Source of the DNA: Blastocladiella emersonii ATCC 22665
Lineage: Eukaryota > Fungi > Blastocladiomycota
Direction of reading: 5' to 3'
Assembly (NCBI GenBank): GCA_025594325.1
Contig: JANHCV010000003.1
Location: 310,001-374,000, forward strand
DNA length: 64,000 nt
The position numbers were made by a program, and so were the translations under genes. Below the pieces are notes generated by a model that did no database searches, was not told where the DNA came from, and saw only the letters and a program-made list of their open reading frames with translations. Below are positions 56,601 through 64,000 of this stretch, piece by piece (position 1 is the stretch's first letter; each line of letters starts with the position of its first letter).

Positions 56601-58081
56601 CGTGCTCGACCACCATTGACGTTGCGCGCGACCCGTTCTCCGTCACGCCGTGCTACCACCTCTTTTGCCGCGCATGCCCGTCGACGCTCCCGCCACCTTC
56701 TTTTCCTCACCCGCGTGCCGACGACGACGCAGTGCCAGCCGCGACCTCGGTACCGGCCACCAGTGCCGCGTGCGCCGCGTGCCGCGAGCTTCTCGAAATC
56801 GACTGCATCAGCCAGTGGTGCCCCGCTGACGCCGATCCCGCGGTCCCCAGCGCTGGCGGTGATCACGCACCGGCTCCAGCGCTCCTCCCGCCGTGTCTCC
56901 ATCTACTCTCCACGCCGACGCCGAGGCCCACGCCGAAACCCGCAGTCAAGCAGCAGCCCGGCCACAACCCGCGCCGCCGCGGGCGCCCACCAAAGCTGTC
57001 GCCCGCGCGCTCTAAGGGCACCACCACCTCGGCGTCGCCCGCGCGCTCCAAGGGCACCACCACCTCGGCGTCGCCCGCGCGCTCCAAGGGCACCACCACC
57101 TCGGCGTCGTCCGCGCGCTCCAAGGGCACCACCACCTCGGCGGCGCCCGCGAGCTCCAAGGGTTTAACCACTTCGGTGTCTTCCGCGCGCTCTGCGGGCT
57201 CGGCGGCCACCCACGACGTGGTCAGTTCCAGCAGCACCGACTCGGCCACCCGCGACGTGGTCAGTTCCAGCGACGGCACCGACGACACTCATCCGACGAG
57301 CAGTGTCGTCCCGCTCTCTGTTCCCGGTGTCACCGCGGCGCGGTACGGCTCCAAGCTCGCGGCGGTCCTTACCTACATTCTTCACCACCACCACAGCAGC
57401 AGTACTAGTAGCAGCCCGGCCACCGCGACTCGCATGGTCGTCTGGACCCAGTTCCCGCGCTTTGCCGCGCTCCTCGTCGCCGCCCTTGCCGAGCACGGGA
57501 TCCGCGGCGTGAACGGCACCGTCGCGCCCGGATCCTCTCCTGCCACTGACGCCGCGGTCACGGTCGCCGTGTCCAAGGCCGCCTGCCTCGAGTTTGAGCG
57601 GATCGCAGTCGCTCCTGCGGCGGGTTCCGAGGCCGCCCACGGCGACGGCGGCAACAACGACGCCGCGACCACCACCGCCGCCCCCGCCGCGGCCGTGATC
57701 TGCCTCGACCCCGAGACGTACCTCCTCCACTGCAGCTTCGCCACGACCGCGGCCACGACCGCCCCCGACCCCGCCGCCATCACGGTCAACCACGTCCTGT
57801 TCGCGCACCCGCTGCTGGCCGAGACGGACGGCGCGGCGCACGACCTCGAGATGCGCGTCCTCGGCGCGGTGCCCCGCGTCCACGATCCAGTTGTTCCGAT
57901 TGCTCCCACCGGAATACTGTCGCCCGCCCCCGATCCGCCTGGCCCACACGACGTGGCCGCAGTCGTACCGGGCGCCCCCATCTCGACTGTTCGCGGAACC
58001 GTTCACGTTGTGCGGTTCGCGGCCACGGGTACCATCGAGGCCGCCCTCACCGAGCAGCGCACGCGCGCGCTGTGGAAGTGA
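53635..58081 (+). CDS. Degenerate SNF2-family (Rad5/Rad16/DNMT5-type) protein with a RING finger, an AT-hook and a repeat linker
   Basis: C3HC4 RING (CASC..TPCYHLFCRAC..CAAC) and helicase-C landmarks YGSKL, MVVWTQF, NHVLFAHPLL and VHVVRFAATGTIE. Walker B is replaced by FGSH. An intron at 54212-54362 would join the first exon in frame to ORF 54365-58081; exon structure at the 5' end is uncertain. Confidence 0.7.
56999..57200 (+). repeat. 36-bp coding tandem repeat (SPARSKGTTTSA) in about 5.5 copies
   Basis: Units start at 56999, 57035, 57071, 57107, 57143 and 57179 and decay towards the 3' end. Confidence 0.95.
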
Positions 58082-58294
58082 TTGATCGATGGGTCTCTCG
58101 CTGTAATTGCTCGCTGCCCGCCGATCCCAATGCACAAACGTTCTCAATGAATGAGCTGGCTGCTCGCCTGGTCCGCCTTTCGACAACAATGAGATTCGCC
58201 AAGAGAGCAATGGGATGGTATACGGTGGAAAACAGAGATGGGAGGGGGGAATGACAAAGCGCGCACACGCTCGCGGGATCGAAAAGGCACAAAC

Positions 58295-59739
58295 TCACTC
58301 TGCAGCGACGACACTGTCCCCCGTCATCGCGGCGGGCGCGTCGACATCCATGGGCATGTCCGCCGAGTCGATGACCGTGACCGTCGCCGTGGACTGCAAC
58401 GAGAGCGGGGTCGTCGGTGCCGCGCGCGCGTCCGAGACCTTGTTGTTGTCGTTGAGCAGCGACAGCGCAAACTTGGCGACCCGCTTCACGGCCGACGCGT
58501 ACAGCGACGACGTGGATCCGAGCTTGGCGAGCTCGCAGAGCGCGGCGCGGGCCTCCTCGTAGGCTGCGAGCCGACACCGCGCGTTGACAAGCGCGCCCGA
58601 CTTGGTCGCGGCCGCTCCGGCAGCAAGCTTGGCGTCGATCGAGATGGACTGGTGGTCGCCCGTCGCCACCCCCACGGCCGCCGTCCCGTGGCAAGACGTC
58701 GGCGTTGGCGTCGAAGCGGTCGGCGTCGTGTCCGCAACGGTGAGCCGGAGACACCGAGCGAGGCCAAACGGGTCGATCGACGCGATGCCGACAAAGATGC
58801 CGCACGACGGGTACTCGCCGATGCAGCACTCGTTGGTCGCCTGGCCGCCGACACCGCCATCGCTGTCGTCGCCCGTCCCGTCCGGGTCGAGCTCAAAGTT
58901 GATGGCGACCGCGAGGCAGGCCGAGCCCTTGACGTCGTCCGGGCCCGTCTTGACGTACTTGCGCGCGGCGCGCCAGACGTCGGGGCTCGCCTGCGCGACC
59001 ACGTGCGGGAAGTGCGCGACGAGTTTGGCGAGCGAGCCGGACCAGCACGGCTGCAGGAGCGCGAAGCACTCGTTCTCACACCCGACGACGTGCTCGGAGC
59101 CGCTGGCGCTGGCGATGGCGTCGTCCTCGTTGCCGCCGTTGCCCTTCTCGCGCTTCTTCTTGCTGTTGCCCTCGCAGCCGAACACACCATTTTGGTACGT
59201 TGCGTGGCCGACCTCGAGACACGTCGCGTACATGATGCACTCGAACATAAATGTCGCTGCCGGCGACGAGGAGGCCGACGAGCCCGCCGCGGTCTTGATG
59301 GTCATGCGCTGCACGGCTCTCGGCCTGGTCGCGTCACCGCCGTTCTTGTTGTCGTCGGCCGTCAGCACCGCCACGGGGATCCACGCGCACGACACGTAGA
59401 AGCGGATGCTCGCGCCCGAGAGTGCGCTGCGCGTGGCGGGGTCCTTGAGCAGCGACACGAGCGCCGCGAAGAGCGGGAGCGCGTCGACGTCGGCCGTCGC
59501 CATGGCGCCGAATATGTCCGCGGCCAGCGACCCGGGTTGGCCGGCAGTCCTGGTGCCGAGCGTCGACGCGGCAAAAGGGCCGAGCCTGCCGATCACGGCC
59601 GCGACGCGGAGCCAGCGCAGGCGCCGGCCGAGAGCAGGACCGCGGCGGGGGGCGCGGCCGCTCTTCTTGCTGGGCGGCAATGACGACGATGATGATGTTG
59701 AGCTCGCGGCATCCGTTGTCGTCGTCGTCTGCAGAATGA
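58295..59739 (-). CDS. Hypothetical protein; probably the terminal exon of the upstream F-box-like gene
   Basis: A 461-aa open frame with coding-like bias and no good ATG of its own. An intron at 59740-59835 would fuse it in frame to the upstream ORF. Confidence 0.6.
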
Positions 59740-59835
59740 CTTGAAAGTGGAAGGAGAGGAGGGCATCGTCGTGTTAGTCTGTGAGTGCCCGTGAACACAG
59801 TTAGCAAGTCATAATGGGCGAACGAACGGCTGTAC

Positions 59836-62068
59836 CTTGGCGCGCGAGGCTCTCGAGGTTGTCGAGACCGAACCTGCTGCACGCAAACTGCAGCGTGGAG
59901 ACCGCGCAATCTGCCAGCAGCGCCGCGTCGACAAAGGCCCGCCACTGCTCCTCGGAAAAGTCCTTGACGAGCTCGGCGGCCAGGTCGCGCTTCCCTGCCG
60001 CCAGCGCCGCGTCGACGACGCGGTACAGCAGGTCCGGGTGCCGGTCGGCGAGCTGGACCATCTTCTGGCCGTGGTCGTCGCCCGCGTCAAAGTAGTCGAC
60101 GATGACCATTGGGTGCGTGGACGCGATGTGGGCGAGGACCGCGAGCGACTCGCCAACGTCGTTGCCCAAGAACAGGAGCTTGGCGATGCGCCGGCGCCAC
60201 TGCGGGAGGAGCGCGTCGAGGTCGGGCACGGCGGGTGCCGTCGCGGCGGTGTTCGCTGCGGCGTCGACGAGCCCGAGCTGCGTCAGAATCTCGGGAGGCG
60301 GCGGCGGTGGCGACGCGGGCACAGCGGATGGTCGTTGCCCCGCCGCAGGACCGGGCCACCCACGGACGAGCAGCCACACGAGCACGTTCACAAAGTCGAG
60401 GTCAATGGAGTGGGACTCGGACTGCTGGTCCGAGGCCGGCGCCGCTCCTGGTGCTGATGCTGGCCGAGCTGGCCGAGCTGGTCCAGCTAGTCGAGATTGC
60501 GGTGAAGAAGATGAGGATGATGGGAGCCGAAAATGCTTCTCAATGTGCGCGAGCAGGAACTCGACCGAGACAGGGTCGGCGATCATGGCGAGGACGGCCG
60601 GGATCCCCGCGTGCGGGTCCGACTCCATAAACTGCTGGAATGGCGTGGCCGGCTTGTCGCGAGCGACGATGCTGCACGCGGCGAGCGCGGGCCAGTTGCC
60701 CTCGACGATGGAGGCGACCACAGCGTACACGGAGAAGGTGCACTCGCGGTTCGGCCACGGCGAGCGCGCGGCGAGACGGGTGGCGGGACTGCCGCCGACG
60801 CCGTTCGTCAGGCTGCCGCCGACGTTCGAGTCGCCGGTCGACTCGTCGCGCGGGTCGGGTATCGCGTACGACGCCGTGTCGGACGCGAATCCCGGGCGCG
60901 GCGGAATGACCACCTCGGGCAGCGCGCCGTTGCCGTCGACGATCATGGACGCGAGGGCCTGCGCGGTCTCCATGTACTCCTCGATCATGCCGGACTCGAA
61001 GTGGGCGTACTCTTCCTCGTCGAACGGATCATCATCGTCATCATCATCATCATCATCATCATCGCCGCCGTTCCCGTTCTCGCCGCCGGCCTGCGCCCTG
61101 CCATGGACGTGGCCGTGGCCGTGTCCGCCTCGGCCTGGCCCGATCGTGACGAGGTCCTGGAAGAAGAGCGGGTGGCACTGACCCGTACACGCCTGCTTCC
61201 CCACGTCGTAGTCGTCCTCGTCGTCGTCTCGGTGCAGCGGGCTCGGGTGGTAGGCGGCAGGAGCCAGGTGCCGCGTCAGCCGCGACATGTCCCAGTCGCC
61301 CCACTCGAGCGACGCGTGGAGGAGCAGGCGACACCGCTCGAAGGCGCCCCCGAGTAGCGTCCCGAGCGAGGACCCGCACGCCCGGTCCTGGATGGCGCAC
61401 TGCACCAGGGACACGAAGCCGCCGAGCATGTTGTGCGACCCGAGCCACCCGAGCAGCGGGCGGGACTGCGACCGCGACTCGGGCAAGTGCGGCACGTCGG
61501 ACATTTGCCCCGCGAGGACAAACTGGCGGATGCGGCCCTTGATGATGGCACGCCTGGCGGCAATGTCGGTGGTATCAGGAGCGGTACCGGTACCGGTATC
61601 GGCGCCGACGTCGTCCTCGAACGTGCGCGCGACGCCAAACTCGCCATTCGACACGAGTACGGCGGGCAGAACGCCGACCCGAACGAGATGGCTGCGCAGG
61701 TCGAGGAGCACAAAGTGCGACAGGTTCTCGACCGCTTCCGCGACACTGACGCTGGCGCACGTCGCGTGGTCGCACTTGGTCGAGAGGGCGAGGCCGCGGC
61801 GAAGCTCGTAGAGGAGCCGCAGCAGACTGTCGGGCAGGGTCCACCGAAAGTAGCGCATGCTGCAGCGGACGTAGATGCGCGCCCCGACCGCGACCGTCGC
61901 GTTCTCGAGGAGCCACTGGGCGATCCGGACCTTGGCCGCCACGTCAATGTCAGCGGCGAGCAGCGCGTGCAGCATCTCGCACGTCGACATGTAGTCGACC
62001 GAGAGCGAGCCGAGGCCGACCAGGTGCTGCATGAGCTCGGGCGGGCACCGCTCGTACAATGTTCTCAT
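59836..62068 (-). CDS. Hypothetical protein with an N-terminal F-box-like motif and a poly-Asp tract
   Basis: gccaccATG start; LYERCPPELMQHLV resembles the F-box consensus L..LP.EL...I. The frame is open for about 745 codons up to a gtacag donor. Confidence 0.65.
61028..61063 (-). repeat. (GAT)n coding microsatellite giving about 12 Asp
   Basis: atcatcatcgtcatcatcatcatcatcatcatcatc on the plus strand. Confidence 0.9.
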
Positions 62069-63434
62069 GGTGGCGCGGGACTCGACTTGGGGTTTGCAGA
62101 ACGAGTTGTGCGTTGGTTGGTCGAAGAAATGGTGCGGAGCTACACGTGCCGAGCGACAGGACCAGCGGGTTAGCAAATCTGTCTTTCCGTCTGCCAGCGA
62201 GCCAGGCAGACTCGAGCGGTCGACCGAGTTCTATTACTGCAGACGCGTACCAATCGCGAGCACGGTCGTAGGCGTGCGAGGAACTTGACGAGGATGCCCG
62301 ATGGACGACACTCAGACGATGCAAAGGTCGCCACGAGATTTGACGGCAATGAACGCGATGGCGCAGACGAGGGTGCAGATGAAAAGCTTGCCGGAAGAGC
62401 TATAAATGATGTGGTGCAATGAGCGGATATGGGACGCGCGGAACCGGCTTCGTGAGTGGACAATCCGCAGAGAGTACAGCAACGCGACAGTCGGCGCGCG
62501 CCGCGTCTTATGAGCAGCAACCGGCGAGCCAGTACCCGTGCATGGACCGAGTCCGCATAGCAATGAGCAAACATGCGTACCGTCGATGGACGAAGATGCG
62601 AACTCGCCGAGCCCTGCGTGGCTGGGCCGGCAGCTGTCAACGGTCGAGCCAAAGCGGGGAGCGCGATCAGAAGGCGACGGGCGAGGCGAACGAGCTGGAA
62701 GTTGCACGGGCGGCCGAGTTTGTGTGGCCGTGCGCGGATGCGCATGCGTGTGTAAAAGAGGAGGGGAGGGTTCGACGACGAGGCAAAGGTCGAGAGGGCG
62801 ATGCGGCAGAGAGTCGAGAGGCGCGCGCGTCGCGGCGAGCGGCGAGCAGCGATTGCGCAAATGCGAGGTAGCAATGAGCAAAAGGGCAGAGTCACGGGGG
62901 CGACGCAAGTCGGGCAGACGAGGTGAGGAAGAGGAGAGTTGGGGAAGCGACGACAGCAGTCAGCTGCGCGTCGACCTGGCGGCGGCGGCGGGGCTTCGGC
63001 GATGGTGGACGCTTCGCGAGGGCGGCCGCTTTCGACAATGTCGCCGTGCTCAAACCCTGTGCTTCATCGCCGTGAATGCCTTGCGTCACGGCAGCAAGTG
63101 GGAGGCGGCCGGGACGCCGTTGCGAGAAGAAACACGCGCCGCCGACGCGCGGGCAACCCGGCCATGTGACGCCCACACGCGCCGCCGCGCGCAAATCGTG
63201 TGGGTCATTTGCACGCGAGTCTGCGTGAGTGGCGCCGCGGTGGTCTCGCGCACCATATGCTCGTTTTCCACTGTACCCATCCCGTACGAATCCCGAAGCT
63301 GAAGAGGACGCGCACACGCACGCACATTGCAACGCATCAACAAACCGCACCCAACTCGCGCAACGGCCATCACTACGCGCCGCTGCCGCTCGACCACCAC
63401 CACCACCACTACCAGCAGCACCTCCCACTCCACC

Positions 63435-64000
63435 ATGCTCGACTTTGCTCTGACGACCGGCGAACCCGCCATCCTGCTGCCGACCGACGAGGTCCGCCTC
63501 GAGACATCGGAGGGAACGATCGTCACCACGACCGTTGCGGTGATCGGGCAGTCGGCGCTGCTCCACAACATGCTCTGCAGCATGCTACCCGCCGCCAAGG
63601 GGCTCGCGATCCCGCTGCCCAACGTGTCCGAGGCGGCGCTCGCGCGCGTGCTCGAGTGGCTACGCGCGCACATTGCCGACGACGGGTACACGGCGCCGCA
63701 CGAGTACCAGAGCCGCACCGAGATCATGGAGTCGCTGCGCAACGCGACCATCTCGGAGCGGGACGAGGCGCTGTTCGAGAAGCTGTCCGACGAGCAGATC
63801 ATCGACCTCGCGCTGGCGGCCGACTACCTCCAGATCCAACCACTCGTCAACCTCGTGTGCTTCGTCATTGCCCGCGAGCTGAGCGCGTGACGCGGCGAGC
63901 AGAAGCTCCGCGACCGGTTCGGCCTGCCCGACGACCTGTCCGAGGAGCGCAAGGCCGAGATCCGCGCCCGGTTCGGCCTGCTCGACCCCGTCGCCAGCAG
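63435..64000 (+). pseudogene. Skp1-like gene with an in-frame TGA before the F-box-binding tail (3'-partial)
   Basis: ccaccATG start; VRLETSEG, IPLPNVSEAALARVLEWL and LALAADYLQIQPLVNLVCFVIA. After TGA 63888-63890 the frame continues RGEQKLRDRFGLPDDLSEERKAEIR, matching the Skp1 C-terminal helices. Confidence 0.75.

Overview
Eukaryotic, GC-rich genomic DNA with short (about 50-100 nt) GT..AG introns carrying CTRAC/CTCAC branch sites. Fungal-type genes (PXA1, PSP1) occur together with centriolar/ciliary-type genes (CCDC77, CCDC78-like), so this is most likely a zoosporic fungus, probably Blastocladiomycota such as Allomyces (inference). There are four zones. (1) 1-19.9 kb is a compact housekeeping/centriolar block: a coiled-coil protein, CysRS with two in-frame starts, a pseudo-kinesin/CCDC78-like gene, a giant ankyrin plus coiled-coil protein, UTP23 and PXA1. 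(2) 20-36 kb is a decayed block of interrupted genes, including a very intron-dense minus-strand gene invisible to the ORF track and a VPS39/VPS3-like pseudogene. (3) 36-48.4 kb is a second housekeeping block: TOP2 with AT-hooks, EMC2, CCDC77, TAF12 and PSP1. (4) 49-64 kb is an accessory block: a secreted histidine-brace LPMO-like protein, two divergent Skp1 paralogues (one with an in-frame UGA), a degenerate SNF2/RING protein resembling the DNMT5 C-terminal module, and an F-box-like gene. No rRNA, CRISPR array or intact transposon was found. All family assignments come from motif recognition by eye, not database searches.
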